DNA of 64,000 nucleotides from Microcoleus sp. Lineage in GTDB: Bacteria; Cyanobacteriota; Cyanobacteriia; Cyanobacteriales; Microcoleaceae. Positions within the stretch are counted from its first letter, which is position 1; every line of letters begins with the position of its first letter. The notes below the pieces were generated by a model, which was given only the letters and a program-made list of their open reading frames with translations, ran no database searches and was not told where the DNA came from. Below, in pieces: positions 19,826 through 31,072 of this stretch. The stretch is taken from NCBI GenBank assembly GCA_052279835.1, contig CP181291.1, positions 2,976,001-3,040,000 on the forward strand. Reading direction: 5' to 3'. The translations under genes and the position numbers were made by a program.

Positions 19826-20908
19826 ATGACAACAAGCGTACAGCGTCGCGAAAGTGGCAACGTTTGGGAACGTTACTGCGAGTGGGTAACTAGCACTGAC
19901 AACCGCATTTATGTTGGTTGGTTCGGCACTCTCATGATTCCTACTCTGCTGACTGCCACCATCAGCTACATTATTGCCTTTGTAGCAGCTCCTCCTGTAG
20001 ACATTGATGGCATCCGCGAACCAGTTGCGGGTTCCTTGATGTACGGTAACAACATCATTACTGGTGCTGTTGTTCCTTCGTCAAATGCGATCGGCTTACA
20101 CTTCTACCCCATCTGGGAAGCTGCTTCCCTCGATGAGTGGTTGTACAATGGCGGCCCTTACCAGCTAGTGATTTTCCACTTCCTGATCGGCATTTTCTGC
20201 TACATGGGTCGTCAGTGGGAATTGAGCTACCGTTTGGGTATGCGTCCTTGGATCTGCGTAGCTTATTCTGCACCTGTGGCATCTGCTACCGCAGTATTCT
20301 TGATCTACCCGATCGGACAAGGCTCCTTCTCTGACGGAATGCCCTTGGGTATCTCCGGTACCTTCAACTTTATGATCGTGTTCCAAGCCGAGCACAACAT
20401 CCTGATGCACCCATTCCATATGTTAGGAGTTGCTGGTGTCTTCGGTGGTGCTTTGTTCTCCGCCATGCACGGTTCTCTCGTTACTTCTTCGTTGGTTCGT
20501 GAAACCACCGAAACCGAATCGCAAAACTACGGTTACAAATTCGGTCAAGAAGAAGAAACCTACAACATCGTTGCAGCCCACGGCTACTTCGGTCGTTTGA
20601 TTTTCCAATATGCTTCTTTCAACAACAGCCGTTCCTTGCACTTCTTGTTAGGTGCATGGCCAGTGGTCGGCATTTGGTTTACCGCTTTGGGTATTTCCAC
20701 CATGGCATTCAACTTGAACGGTTTCAACTTCAACCAATCGATTATCGACTCTCAAGGTCGCGTGATCAACACTTGGGCTGATGTCATCAACCGCGCTAAT
20801 TTAGGTATGGAAGTCATGCACGAGCGCAATGCTCACAACTTCCCACTAGACTTGGCCGCTGGTGCATCTACTCCTGTGGCTGTGGTTGCTCCTGCCATCA
20901 ATGGCTAA
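19826..20908 (+). CDS. psbA: photosystem II D1 protein, standard form with Q130 (D1:1-like)
   Basis: ATG at 19826 gives 360 aa; D170, E189, H332, E333, D342 and A344 are intact; G80/F158/T286 are standard; YMGRQWE. Confidence 0.98.
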   Translation: MTTSVQRRESGNVWERYCEWVTSTDNRIYVGWFGTLMIPTLLTATISYIIAFVAAPPVDIDGIREPVAGSLMYGNNIITGAVVPSSNAIGLHFYPIWEAASLDEWLYNGGPYQLVIFHFLIGIFCYMGRQWELSYRLGMRPWICVAYSAPVASATAVFLIYPIGQGSFSDGMPLGISGTFNFMIVFQAEHNILMHPFHMLGVAGVFGGALFSAMHGSLVTSSLVRETTETESQNYGYKFGQEEETYNIVAAHGYFGRLIFQYASFNNSRSLHFLLGAWPVVGIWFTALGISTMAFNLNGFNFNQSIIDSQGRVINTWADVINRANLGMEVMHERNAHNFPLDLAAGASTPVAVVAPAING

Positions 20909-20927
20909 GTTTTAGTTTGAGATAGAC

Positions 20928-20959
20928 AAAAAGCGCTCCTAGAAATAGGGGCGCTTTTT
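20928..20959 (+). terminator. psbA intrinsic terminator
   Basis: AAAAAGCGCTCCTA-GAAA-TAGGGGCGCTTTTT. Confidence 0.85.
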
Positions 20960-21179
20960 GTTTGGGTATTTCCTAAATAATTAAACATTTTTTTGATAAT
21001 ATAATTATATCGTTAAATTAATAGTTAAGTAAGTCCACCTAATTAAATGCAAGATCCAAATCGCTCAAAAGCTTACTGGCTTGCTATTCTTCCTTATTCC
21101 CTCTTCCTTCTTCCTGAATTTCCCCCCTTGGGGGGGGTAGGGGGGGGTGACTTCTTCCTTCTTCTTAAAATTTCTATAA

Positions 21180-22472
21180 ATGCCTTATTTAACAGTAGCT
21201 AACGACATCAAAGCGCTCATCGCTAAATTTGCCCAATCTAGAATCCTGTGGATTGATACAGAAATAGCAGATTATATATCTAACCCCAAATTGTCTCTGA
21301 TTCAGGTATTAGCTGACCCCAGAGACTTGACTGGCGATGCTACTTTTCTGCTCGATGTTTTGGAGCAAGCTGAATTAGTAACAGATTTTATAAACCTAAT
21401 TATGGTGAATCCAAATATTGAAAAAGTGATGCACAATGCCAGCTATGACATCAGGTTTTTGGGAAATAATGAAGCCACAAATGTAACTTGCACATTAAAT
21501 ATGTCGCGAAATATTCCTTATTATATTCTGCCCTTACCTAACCGCCAACTCAAAACTTTAATAGAAAAAATTTGTAATGTTACTTATGTAGATAAAACAG
21601 AACAGGGGAGCGATTGGGGAAAGCGTCCCCTGACAGAAAAGCAGGTAGAATATGCCAAGATGGATGTGGTGTATTTAGCGAGAGTGCATCGCCACCTGCT
21701 AGAAATATTTCACAAATCTTATCCAGATCCAGCCAGTGAAAACTTGACTGCATTGGGGGAGAAATATCAGAATATAGAAGCTCGGTGGAAACCGCTAGAT
21801 TCAGAATTTGCTGAGGTGAAAGAACGAATTAAAACTGGGATGGTGGCCCAAAAACTGAAAGACAGTGCTTATTTTGAGCTATCCAGTTCGATCGCGATGA
21901 AAGTAGATTTTATGACGCTGGCCAATCTGACACAAGCTGAGAGGATTGAGTTGCATTTTCCGGTGACACTGACGAAGGAAATTCAAAGACAGTTAGGGCA
22001 ACTGATCGAGCATCCATCTTTGGAAGTAGAAGAGGTGCAGAGTTGGCGGTTGCTTTTTAACGCACAGCAGCGACGAAAATCAACTAATCAAATTGCGCCA
22101 CGACCTGTGAGTGATGATTTAATAGTGTTGGGGGAAAGGTACAAGGAAATTTTACCTGAATGGAAATTCTTGGATTCCGAAGTTGACCATTTAAAAGAGC
22201 GTGTTAAAAAAGCAATGATGGCGCAAAACAAGGGAAACACTCCTCATTTTAAGCTGTCGAGTTCTTGTTTGATGAAAGTAGATTTTGCGAGTTTGGCAAG
22301 ACTGGTACAATCTGTGGGAATTGAGTTGGACTTTAGGGTGACGCTGACTCAATATATTCAAAAAAGGTTAGGGGAAGCTATTAATCAAATTGATGTGCAA
22401 ATTGAGTATATTACCAGTTGGCGCATGAGGGCTAAGACGGTGGAAGATGAAGATGAGGAAATTCCGTTTTGA
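21180..22472 (+). CDS. RNase D-like DEDD 3'-5' exonuclease with duplicated C-terminal domain
   Basis: WIDTE, HNASYDIRFL, SDWGKRPLTEKQVEYAKMDV; two ~105-aa homologous C-terminal repeats. Confidence 0.8.
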   Translation: MPYLTVANDIKALIAKFAQSRILWIDTEIADYISNPKLSLIQVLADPRDLTGDATFLLDVLEQAELVTDFINLIMVNPNIEKVMHNASYDIRFLGNNEATNVTCTLNMSRNIPYYILPLPNRQLKTLIEKICNVTYVDKTEQGSDWGKRPLTEKQVEYAKMDVVYLARVHRHLLEIFHKSYPDPASENLTALGEKYQNIEARWKPLDSEFAEVKERIKTGMVAQKLKDSAYFELSSSIAMKVDFMTLANLTQAERIELHFPVTLTKEIQRQLGQLIEHPSLEVEEVQSWRLLFNAQQRRKSTNQIAPRPVSDDLIVLGERYKEILPEWKFLDSEVDHLKERVKKAMMAQNKGNTPHFKLSSSCLMKVDFASLARLVQSVGIELDFRVTLTQYIQKRLGEAINQIDVQIEYITSWRMRAKTVEDEDEEIPF

Positions 22473-22473
22473 A

Positions 22474-22557
22474 TAGACATATCCCATAATTATTGTGGGG
22501 GGTAGGGGTGAGGCATCCAACTAGCCCTTAACAAACAGTGTTTTTGCTAGAGGTCTA
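22474..22557. repeat. small TIR element (TAGAC...GTCTA family)
   Basis: TAGACATATC...AGAGGTCTA; related elements at ~7596-7668 and 45957-46026. Confidence 0.55.
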
Positions 22558-22869
22558 ATGTTCTTTTAGGACCATGACAACTTCTGGGAAGTCGGGGATT
22601 TGGGTATTGGCCCGATCGCACTTCCCGACAATGGCAAAAATTATCTAGTCCAATGCAGGGAGACCAATATCTCAACTATGCTAACGTAGGCAAGCGATAA
22701 TGCTTGGTGTTAAAGGCGATCGACCTAATTTAAGAAAGTGGCGGGGGAACTCCGTCACTCAAAAAAGCCTTTGCAAAAAAGGAAAAAGAAGCCTGCGGTC
22801 TAACTGTACTCAGTTGACCGTCAGGTTTGTTCACAACAAATTATTTGATTGAGGAGCAGTGTATCCCCT

Positions 22870-24540
22870 ATGGCAAACCTAATCGGCACAGACAGCAATG
22901 ATTTTCTGCTCGGAACTCCCCAAGGCGATCGCATTCGTGCCTTAGATGGCGATGACTCCCTCTTGGGTGCCGCAGGAGATGACACCCTAGAGGGCGACAA
23001 TGGCAACGACCAAATCATTGGAGGCGATGGAGCCGATTCGCTCTTTGGTGGTGAAGGAAACGACGAACTCATTGGCAGCCAAGGCCGCGATACCGCCAGC
23101 GGTGGCAACGGCGATGACTCCATTCGCGGCGGTTTGGGCAACGACATCCTCGATGGCAACGACGGTAGCGACACCGTGTTCGGAGACGCTGGGGACGACT
23201 TAGTTCGTGGCAACGCAGGTTTCGATGTGATTGCTGGCGGTACTGGCAACGACACCCTCACCGGCGGTGATGGCGACGATTCGGTATTTGGGAATGGTGA
23301 TGACGACTTTCTCTACGGGGATCTCGGCAATGATTCTCTGAATGGTGGTAGTGGTAGCGATCAATTATTGGGCGGTGATGGCAAGGACTACTTAACAGGT
23401 GAAGATGGCAACGACACTTTATACGGTGGTGCCGATAGCGATTCGGTCTACGGAGACGGTGGCAATGACCAGATATTTGGTGGCAAGGCTAACGATACAG
23501 TCGTTGGTGGCACTGGTTCCGACACCATGCGGGGCGATGAAGGCGAAGATTTGCTACAGGGAGGTGAAGATAATGATTTCCTATTTGGTGGCAAAGGCAG
23601 CGATATTCTCGACGGTGGTTTTGGGGACGATTCCTTAGCTGGTGGCCTCAGCGACGATACACTTTTGGGCGGTTTTGGCAATGACAATTTATTTGGGGCA
23701 GAGGGTAATGACTGTTTGAGCGGAGGTGAGGGTTCAGATACCCTGACTGGTGGAAGTGGCAGTGATATATTTGTGCTGGGAGCAGGGCCTGGCAGTCTGG
23801 CTTTAATTACTGATTACAATGAGGCCGAAGATTTCTTTGGACTGCCGAGTAATTTATCTTTTACTGACTTGGCAATTACCCAAGGCAACGGTTCAAACCG
23901 AAGGGATACAGTAATTACGACGAAGAAGGACGGGAAGCTGTTGGCCATTTTGACAGACACTCCGGCGGGCTTAATCGAGGCTACTGATTTTGTATCTGTG
24001 ACTGGGACGGTTCCTGTCAGACCAACTACAACTACAGTTACAACTACCGTTACCACTACAATTACAGATCCGAGTGCTCCGACTCCGACGGCGACAACTC
24101 CGACTCCGACGGCGACAACTCCGACTCCGACGGCGACAACTCCGACTCCGACGGCGACAACTCCGACTCCGACGGCGACAACTCCGACTCCGACGACGAC
24201 AACCCCGACTCCGACGACGACAACTCCGACTCCGACGACGACAACTCCGACTCCGACGGCGACAACTCCGACTCCGACGGCGACAACTCCGACTCCGACG
24301 GCGACAACTCCGACTCCGACGGCGACAACTCCGACTCCGACGGCGACAACTCCGACTCCGACGGCTTCGAGGATTCCTTCTCCCCCGACAATTAACCTGC
24401 CCGATTCTCCTTTGCTGACGATTAGTTCGATCGCCCCAACACCTACCTCCGGACTTTTGCCTATCCCTAGCCCGACACCGATATTTCCCTCGATGCTGCC
24501 GAGTCCGATACCCGTACCTCCTACACCTTTCGGATTTTAG
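22870..24540 (+). CDS. RTX/hemolysin-type calcium-binding protein with Thr/Pro-rich tail
   Basis: Many GGxGxDxLx nonapeptides; PTATTPT repeats; ATG at 22870. Confidence 0.9.
   Translation: MANLIGTDSNDFLLGTPQGDRIRALDGDDSLLGAAGDDTLEGDNGNDQIIGGDGADSLFGGEGNDELIGSQGRDTASGGNGDDSIRGGLGNDILDGNDGSDTVFGDAGDDLVRGNAGFDVIAGGTGNDTLTGGDGDDSVFGNGDDDFLYGDLGNDSLNGGSGSDQLLGGDGKDYLTGEDGNDTLYGGADSDSVYGDGGNDQIFGGKANDTVVGGTGSDTMRGDEGEDLLQGGEDNDFLFGGKGSDILDGGFGDDSLAGGLSDDTLLGGFGNDNLFGAEGNDCLSGGEGSDTLTGGSGSDIFVLGAGPGSLALITDYNEAEDFFGLPSNLSFTDLAITQGNGSNRRDTVITTKKDGKLLAILTDTPAGLIEATDFVSVTGTVPVRPTTTTVTTTVTTTITDPSAPTPTATTPTPTATTPTPTATTPTPTATTPTPTATTPTPTTTTPTPTTTTPTPTTTTPTPTATTPTPTATTPTPTATTPTPTATTPTPTATTPTPTASRIPSPPTINLPDSPLLTISSIAPTPTSGLLPIPSPTPIFPSMLPSPIPVPPTPFGF
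24078..24366 (+). repeat. 21-bp coding tandem repeat (PTATTPT, ~13-14 copies)
   Basis: CCGACTCCGACGGCGACAACT repeated. Confidence 0.9.
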
Positions 24541-24613
24541 CTGAGATGCCGATCGCGGGAGCTAGTGCATGAGTTATGAGTTAATTTAAAGCTCATAACT
24601 CATGCACTCAAAA

Positions 24614-24976
24614 CTATTTAAGAGCTTGCGGATTCTGGGCCGATTCACCATCAGACTCGGCTGGAGAATCTTCTAGGATAGATAGTTGTTCGGTGTAGCC
24701 TAAGAGCTCGCGCAGTTTCATCCGGTGGATGTAAGGCCAGCCACCATTGGCCTCAATATTCCTGAGCAGTTTGTACAGTGCTTGGCGGTTTTCGGGAAAA
24801 GACGCTTGAAACAAACCGTCCCGAATTTCTCGGTGCGAACTTTCCAGTGTCCGCAGCAAAGCCAAAAGCAGCACACTGTCTTCCTGACAACTTTCGGCTA
24901 AAGTCCGAATCGCCTCTGTCAGGGATTGCAGTTGAGACTGCAACTTTCCTGACTCTAAATCTTTGCCGTTGTCCAT
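24614..24976 (-). CDS. conserved cyanobacterial hypothetical protein
   Basis: LLALLRTLE..HREIRD..FQ..P.NRQALY.LL..IE..GGWPYI motif. Confidence 0.7.
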   Translation of the reverse strand: MDNGKDLESGKLQSQLQSLTEAIRTLAESCQEDSVLLLALLRTLESSHREIRDGLFQASFPENRQALYKLLRNIEANGGWPYIHRMKLRELLGYTEQLSILEDSPAESDGESAQNPQALK

Positions 24977-25352
24977 ACCGCTGCTTCCTTTGAAATCTAC
25001 AAAGCGTTTGTGCCCAACCTGAGTATCAGCAGACTAATCGAGCTAGTCGCGATCGCCATTCGGGGTCATAAGCAACCTAACTTAAGTAGGTTGACCTAGG
25101 CAATATTAATTTGTAGTCTAAGTCAAGAAAAGAGCACAACCCGTCGTACCATGTGTATTGTGCTACGATCCGCAGATTTTGAGAAATCCTAAGTTATGGC
25201 TTAATTTCGCCGTACTCGCTCGACTTTTTGAGTCAAAGCCGGTGAGGGCTTTCGGATGGTTGGACTGGCATAGCCTGCCCGCGAGCAATTATATTTTGCT
25301 CGAAGTAGGGTTTTTTCTTAATATAATCCGATGTTGGATATTGAGGTTTGGA

Positions 25353-26195
25353 ATGAAATATCGTTCTTTAATTGTGGCACTTTTAGCATTTTGCATGAGT
25401 GCACTGGTTGCTTGTTCTTCTGCTCCTGATACAACGGTGGCGACTACGGAGTTACTCACCTACGACCAGATTAGAGGTACTGGATTGGCAAATAACTGCC
25501 CTAGCTTGGCAGAAACTTCTCGCGGCTCGATCGCCATTGAAGCGGGTGCTACCTATAAGCTCACTGGTTTGTGTTTGCAGCCTACCACTTATTTTGTTAA
25601 GGAAGAACCAGCAAATAAACGCCAAGAGGCAGAATTTGTACCTGGTAAATTGCTGACACGGTTCACGTCTAGCATTGACCAAGTGCAAGGTAGTCTCAAG
25701 GTTGGTACTGACGGAACTCTGACTTTTACAGAAGAAGACGGCTTGGACTTTCAAGCAATTACGATTCAGCTACCCGGTGGAGAACAAGTACCTTTCTTGT
25801 TCACCATTAAAGAGTTAGTTGCTAGTTCCGACCCCGGAGTAGTTGCTATCAATACTTCCACAGATTTGCAAGGGACTTTCAACGTTCCTTCTTACCGCAG
25901 CGCTGGCTTTTTAGACCCTAAAGGTCGTGGCGTTGCCACTGGCTATGACAATGCTGTAGCGCTTCCAGCTTCTGACAATTCCAAGCGTGTGCGGGCTAAT
26001 GTTAAGTTAGCTGATACCAGCACCAAGGCGGGTAAAATTTCTCTCCAAGTTGCTAAAGTAGACAACACCACCGGAGAAGTTGGCGGTATTTTTGAAAGCA
26101 TACAGCCTTCTGATACAGATTTGGGAGCTAGACCTGCTTTGGATGTAAAAATCCGTGGCATCTTTTATGCTCGCATTGAGCCTTCTGTATCCTAG
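25353..26195 (+). CDS. psbO: photosystem II manganese-stabilizing protein
   Basis: LTYDQIRGTGLANNCP, DGLDFQAITIQLPGGEQVPFLFT, FLDPKGRG; ATG at 25353. Confidence 0.97.
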   Translation: MKYRSLIVALLAFCMSALVACSSAPDTTVATTELLTYDQIRGTGLANNCPSLAETSRGSIAIEAGATYKLTGLCLQPTTYFVKEEPANKRQEAEFVPGKLLTRFTSSIDQVQGSLKVGTDGTLTFTEEDGLDFQAITIQLPGGEQVPFLFTIKELVASSDPGVVAINTSTDLQGTFNVPSYRSAGFLDPKGRGVATGYDNAVALPASDNSKRVRANVKLADTSTKAGKISLQVAKVDNTTGEVGGIFESIQPSDTDLGARPALDVKIRGIFYARIEPSVS

Positions 26196-26635
26196 AATTT
26201 GACTGGACGGTCGATCGCACGCTTAGTAGTTTCTTACTCTAAAGATACTACTCTTTATTGATTAGCCAACAGTACGAAAGAATGTAACTGAGGACTGTTG
26301 ACTAATCAATAAATTTATGATTTGATTATTATCGTTTGTGGGTTGTAAAATTTTATTTGTTAATTAATTAAAGTCTTGCATTAAAACAGATTTTGAATTA
26401 CAATATCCAGTGTAAAAAATCCGAAAAATTATATCTGTAAGACCCTAGGGGTAAAATCATACCCGCGGAGGACTTCACCAAATCACTGCACCTTGCCTAA
26501 GCTCAACAGATGTGTCGGCTGTCACAGCTATCAAGTGCTAGGATTACACCAATTAAATAGGAATTTTTTAGACTAGATTAGAAATCTACATCTAAGGCCA
26601 AATCACTGCTCTGCTCTACCAACCCCCATGCCACT

Positions 26636-27409
26636 ATGTCTACCACAGTCCCAAACGAACTAAAAACCGAAAACTTGCAATTGTTGCGCGAGTACCAAAG
26701 TTCTGCTTCCAACGAAGTCCGCAATCAGTTAGTTAAACTCAATATCGGATTGGTGAGAAAAGAAGTTCACCACTGGCTCAATCAGTGCGGGGAAAGCTAC
26801 GACGACTTGCAGCAAGTTGGGTGTATTGGTTTGATCAGAGCCATTGAGCGGTTTGATTTATCGAAGGGACACGCCTTTAGTTCCTTTGCAATTCCCTACA
26901 TCCGGGGGGAAATTCAGCACTATCTACGGGATAAAAGCCCTTCGGTGCGAGTTCCGAGACACTGGTTATCGCTGGAACGCAAATCTGTATCAGTGATTAA
27001 GGATTTGCAAGTGCAGTTCAACCGAAATCCTACAGATGCGGAAGTGGCGGCGGTGTTGGAAGTTTCTGTGGCAGAATGGCGAGAAATTAAGCTGGCCCAC
27101 CTCAACCGCGCACCTCTGAGCTTGGATGCGCCGGTGCAAGATGAAAATGAGGGGACTACTTGTCTGGGAGCATTGGTGCCCGATAGCAAGTATCGCAGCT
27201 TTCAGTTGGCTCAAGAAGACCAAATTCGGGTGCAGCAAGCTTTGTCTATGTTGGAACAACGAACTCGTGAGATATTGGAGTTTGTATTTCTTTATGATTT
27301 GACGCAGAAGGAAACGGCTGAACGCTTGGGTATTAGTGCGGTGACAGTTTCTCGGCGTGTTAAGAAGGGGCTGGATTTGCTCAAAGAGATTATGACTAAA
27401 CAGCTTTAG
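26636..27409 (+). CDS. sigF: group 3 RNA polymerase sigma factor SigF
   Basis: RNQLVKLNIGLVRKE, AFSSFAIPYIRGEIQHYLRDK, SFQLAQEDQIR, TQKETAERLGISAVTVSR. Confidence 0.9.
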   Translation: MSTTVPNELKTENLQLLREYQSSASNEVRNQLVKLNIGLVRKEVHHWLNQCGESYDDLQQVGCIGLIRAIERFDLSKGHAFSSFAIPYIRGEIQHYLRDKSPSVRVPRHWLSLERKSVSVIKDLQVQFNRNPTDAEVAAVLEVSVAEWREIKLAHLNRAPLSLDAPVQDENEGTTCLGALVPDSKYRSFQLAQEDQIRVQQALSMLEQRTREILEFVFLYDLTQKETAERLGISAVTVSRRVKKGLDLLKEIMTKQL

Positions 27410-27590
27410 TTAGTAGTCATTAGTCAGTAGTCATTAGTCAGTAGTCATTAGTTAGTAGTTAGTAGTCAGTAGTCAGTAGTTAGTAGTTAGTAGTTAGTAG
27501 TTAGTAGTTAGTAGTTAGTAGTTAGTAGTTAGTAGTCATTAGTTAGTAGTTAGTAGTCAGTAGTCATTAGTCATTAGTCATTAGTTAGTT
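27407..27590. repeat. STRR heptamer tract (TAGTTAG/TAGTCAT/TAGTCAG)n
   Basis: About 25 degenerate 7-bp copies between convergent genes. Confidence 0.9.
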
Positions 27591-27691
27591 GTTGGTGGTT
27601 ATTGGTTAGTTGTCCTATGTTAGTTGTTGTTATTTGTTGGTTCCAATAACAAATAACAACTAACCAATAACAAATAACCAGTAACGAATTT

Positions 27692-28858
27692 TTAGACGTG
27701 GCGGATAAATTTATCAAGCCTTTCGACAGCTTTTTTGATTGTGCCTAAATCGGTGGCGTAAGACAAGCGAATGTGGTCATCTGCACCAAAAGCAATACCG
27801 GGAATAACTGCTACTTTTTGCTGTTCTAATAAAGCTTCGGAAAATTCTAGAGAAGTCATGCCAGTTTTGCTGATATTGACAAACATATAGAAAGCACCGT
27901 CGGGTTTGGTGCAGCTAATTCCGGGGATAGCATCGAGTAATTCAAATATTACTTCACGGCGCTCGGCAAAAGCCAGACGCATTTTTTCCACAGATTCTTG
28001 GCTGCTTTCCAAAGCGGCGATCGCCCCGTACTGTGCAAAGGTACATACGTTGGAGGTACTATGTCCTTGAACGGTACTGGTAGCTTTGATTAATTCGATC
28101 GGTCCTGCTAAATAACCGATGCGCCAGCCAGTCATGGAGTAAGCTTTAGCAAAACCGCTACTGATGATGGTGCGATCGAATATTTCTTGGCCGAGGGAAC
28201 CGATGCTGACGTGTTGGGCACCGTCGTATATAATTTTTTCGTAAATTTCGTCAGAAACTACTAAAATATCTTTCTCGACTATTACCTCTGCTAGTGCTTT
28301 GATTTCTGCTGGACTGTACACCATTCCCGTAGGGTTAGATGGGGAATTGAGGACAAATAACTTGGTGCGGGGTGTAATGGCTTGACGCAGTTGTTCCGGG
28401 GTGATTTTATATCCGGTAGAAGCATCAGTCTGGACAATTACTGGTTTACCGCTGGCTAGTTTGACCATTTCTGGATAACTCAGCCAGTAGGGAGCAGGGA
28501 TAATTACTTCGTCTCCCTGCTCAATCAGAGCCATCATCAGATTATACAGAGAATGCTTACCACCGTTGCTGACAATGATATTCTGAGGTTGATAGTTGAG
28601 ATTGTTGTCTTCGCGCAGTTTACGGGCGATCGCAGCTTTTAACTCCGGTTCCCCAGCGGCCGGGCCATACTTAGTTTTACCACTATCTAAAGCTTGCTTT
28701 GCCGCTGCTTTAATATGTTCTGGGGTATCAAAATCTGGTTCTCCTGTACTCAAACTACAGACATCAATCCCCTCGGCCTTCATGGCTTTTGCCTTAGCTG
28801 CGATCGCTAAGGTAATGGAAGGAGGAACTTCGCCCACTCGTGCTGCCAACTTGATCAT
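27692..28858 (-). CDS. aspC: PLP-dependent class I aminotransferase (aspartate aminotransferase)
   Basis: [38 protein letters not shown]. Confidence 0.88.
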   Translation of the reverse strand: MIKLAARVGEVPPSITLAIAAKAKAMKAEGIDVCSLSTGEPDFDTPEHIKAAAKQALDSGKTKYGPAAGEPELKAAIARKLREDNNLNYQPQNIIVSNGGKHSLYNLMMALIEQGDEVIIPAPYWLSYPEMVKLASGKPVIVQTDASTGYKITPEQLRQAITPRTKLFVLNSPSNPTGMVYSPAEIKALAEVIVEKDILVVSDEIYEKIIYDGAQHVSIGSLGQEIFDRTIISSGFAKAYSMTGWRIGYLAGPIELIKATSTVQGHSTSNVCTFAQYGAIAALESSQESVEKMRLAFAERREVIFELLDAIPGISCTKPDGAFYMFVNISKTGMTSLEFSEALLEQQKVAVIPGIAFGADDHIRLSYATDLGTIKKAVERLDKFIRHV

Positions 28859-29096
28859 TGGATTTTAGATATGAGATTTTTGACTTTAGATCTTAGGGCG
28901 AAAAATCTGAATATTCAACCCTGTTGTTAGGAAATTATGACATTTCCTTGGATGGTAGGTACTGTTTTAACCAATTCAAAAATAAAACGCTAAAAAGTTA
29001 TTAGTTTTATTTTTTATTTTTAGTTTCTAATTTTTGACATTATTGGTGTACCATTTTTGATGCCTTGTTACTCTTAACCCCCCACTTTACAAGCTT

Positions 29097-29609
29097 ATGG
29101 ATCTCAAATCTCTGATTCGCGATATTCCTGATTTCCCAAAGCCGGGAATCATGTTTCGAGATATTACAACTTTGTTGCGAAACCCCCAAGGACTGAGCTA
29201 TACCATTGACAGTTTAGCCGAAAAATGCTCTGCAATGTCTCCTGACTATGTGGTGGGCATGGAATCGCGGGGCTTTATATTTGGGACGCCTTTGGCTTAT
29301 AAAATGGGAGTGGGCTTTGTTCCCGTCCGCAAGCCAGGGAAATTGCCATCAGCGGTTCATTTCGCTGAGTATGAGTTGGAGTATGGTAGCGATCGACTGG
29401 AAATGCACCAAGATGCGATCGCATCGGGTAGTCGGGTGCTAGTGGTGGACGATTTAATCGCCACTGGGGGGACAGCGGCTGCAACGGCTAAGCTGTTAGA
29501 ACAAGCTGGCTGCGAACTGGTGGGTTTTGCTTTTGTAATTGAATTGCAGGGTTTGGGCGGCAGGCAAAAATTGCCGGATGTACCAATTGTGACGCTAGTG
29601 GAGTATTAG
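29097..29609 (+). CDS. apt: adenine phosphoribosyltransferase
   Basis: [37 protein letters not shown]. Confidence 0.97.
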   Translation: MDLKSLIRDIPDFPKPGIMFRDITTLLRNPQGLSYTIDSLAEKCSAMSPDYVVGMESRGFIFGTPLAYKMGVGFVPVRKPGKLPSAVHFAEYELEYGSDRLEMHQDAIASGSRVLVVDDLIATGGTAAATAKLLEQAGCELVGFAFVIELQGLGGRQKLPDVPIVTLVEY

Positions 29610-29619
29610 TCAGTTGAGT

Positions 29620-29708
29620 GTTAACGGTTGACGGTTGACGGTTAACGGTTGACGGTTGACGGTTGACGGTTGACTGTTGACTGTTGACGGTTGACTGTTG
29701 ACTGTTAA
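29620..29708. repeat. STRR heptamer tract (CGGTTGA/CTGTTGA)n
   Basis: About 12 direct 7-bp copies. Confidence 0.85.
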
Positions 29709-29845
29709 CTTTTGAATAAAGACTTTTTAACCGCAGAGGCCACAGAGGGCGCAGAGGAAGAGTACAGAGAGATGAATAATTTCGATACCAATGGATTTTA
29801 GATCGTTGACCAATCTAAAATCTAAAATCTAAAATCTAAAATCCT

Positions 29846-30886
29846 ATGACTTCTATTAAACTGAACCCAAATTTACGAGTATTGAATTCTCTGTTGACTG
29901 GTGATACATTTATCTATGTTTTTAAGAGGCTGTTTCAGGCTCTGTTAACGCTATTTTTAGCATCTATTCTGTGTTTTGCAATTATTGAGCTTGCACCGGG
30001 AAATTACTTGGATACTTTGAGCCAAAATCCGAAGATTTCGCCGGAGACACTTAAGCAACTCGAACAACAGTTCGGCTTAGATAAACCGGCTTTTGTGCAG
30101 TATTGGTTGTGGTTGCAACAAATTGTAACGCGGGGTAATTTTGGTACGAGTTTTGTGTATCAGCGATCGGTGGCTTCTTTGTTGTGGGAAAGGGTCCCGG
30201 CGACGCTGTTGATGGCGATCGCATCTTTGATTGTAACTTGGGCGATCGCTATTCCCTTGGGAATCATCGCCGCTGTCAATCAAAACCGGACAGTCGATCG
30301 CGTTTTGCAAGTAGTCAGCTACACAGGACAAGGATTTCCCAGCTTTATTATGGCCTTGCTGCTGCTATTTTTCGCCCAGAATACATCCCCTCTTTTTCCA
30401 GTAGGAGGAATGACCAGTATTGACCACGCAGACTTACCTTTTTGGGGTCAAATCATGGATTACGGCTGGCACTTAATTTTGCCCACAGTCGCCTTGAGCC
30501 TGACCGGTTTTGCAGGTTTGCAAAGATTGATGCGGGGACAATTGTTGGACGTGCTGCGTCAAGATTACATCAGGACAGCACGGGCGAAAGGTTTGCCGGA
30601 AAATCGCGTAATTTATATTCATGCTCTACGGAATGCGGTTAATCCATTGATTACGCTGTTAGGTTTTGAGTTTGCTAGTTTGTTGAGTGGTGCGTTTATT
30701 GCGGAACTTTTTTTTAATTGGCCTGGTTTGGGAAAGCTGGCTTTGGATGCTGTGACTAATCAAGATTTGTATTTAGTGATGGCAACTTTGATGATGGGTT
30801 CTGCGATGTTGATTGTTGGTAATTTGTTGGCTGATTTGTTGCTGAAGGCGATCGATCCGAGGATTAAACTGGAAGATTTAAAATGA
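29846..30886 (+). CDS. peptide/nickel ABC transporter permease (DppB/OppB-like)
   Basis: QQFGLDKP, DYIRTARAKGL...HALRNA, FNWPGLG. Confidence 0.92.
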   Translation: MTSIKLNPNLRVLNSLLTGDTFIYVFKRLFQALLTLFLASILCFAIIELAPGNYLDTLSQNPKISPETLKQLEQQFGLDKPAFVQYWLWLQQIVTRGNFGTSFVYQRSVASLLWERVPATLLMAIASLIVTWAIAIPLGIIAAVNQNRTVDRVLQVVSYTGQGFPSFIMALLLLFFAQNTSPLFPVGGMTSIDHADLPFWGQIMDYGWHLILPTVALSLTGFAGLQRLMRGQLLDVLRQDYIRTARAKGLPENRVIYIHALRNAVNPLITLLGFEFASLLSGAFIAELFFNWPGLGKLALDAVTNQDLYLVMATLMMGSAMLIVGNLLADLLLKAIDPRIKLEDLK

Positions 30887-31072
30887 GAGAATTAACTCAG
30901 TCATGACTTAAGCCGCGAGCATGATTTGCGATCGTTCATAATTGTTACCAAGAATTTCCAGCCTTGAGAATTGAGAAAGATACATTCCTGGACGGAAAAA
31001 ACTCGGTTGAGGAGAAAAAATCTTGGCTCTCTCGCCAGAGATTCTGAGTTTCCCGCATTCCGTATTATTTTT

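Noticed and set aside
19826..20908. Atypical D1 (rogue, chlorophyll f synthase or microaerobic form)
   Set aside because: All Mn-cluster ligands and the diagnostic residues G80, F158 and T286 are standard.
24062..24418. Arg-rich and Ser/Glu-rich ORFs over the 21-bp repeat
   Set aside because: These are alternative-frame and antisense readings of the PTATTPT coding repeat.
30928..31000. glnA glutamine riboswitch (ATCGTTCAT...GACGGAA) upstream of the permease
   Set aside because: The spacing is too long, and the downstream GTA/GAAGGAACG elements and helices are absent.
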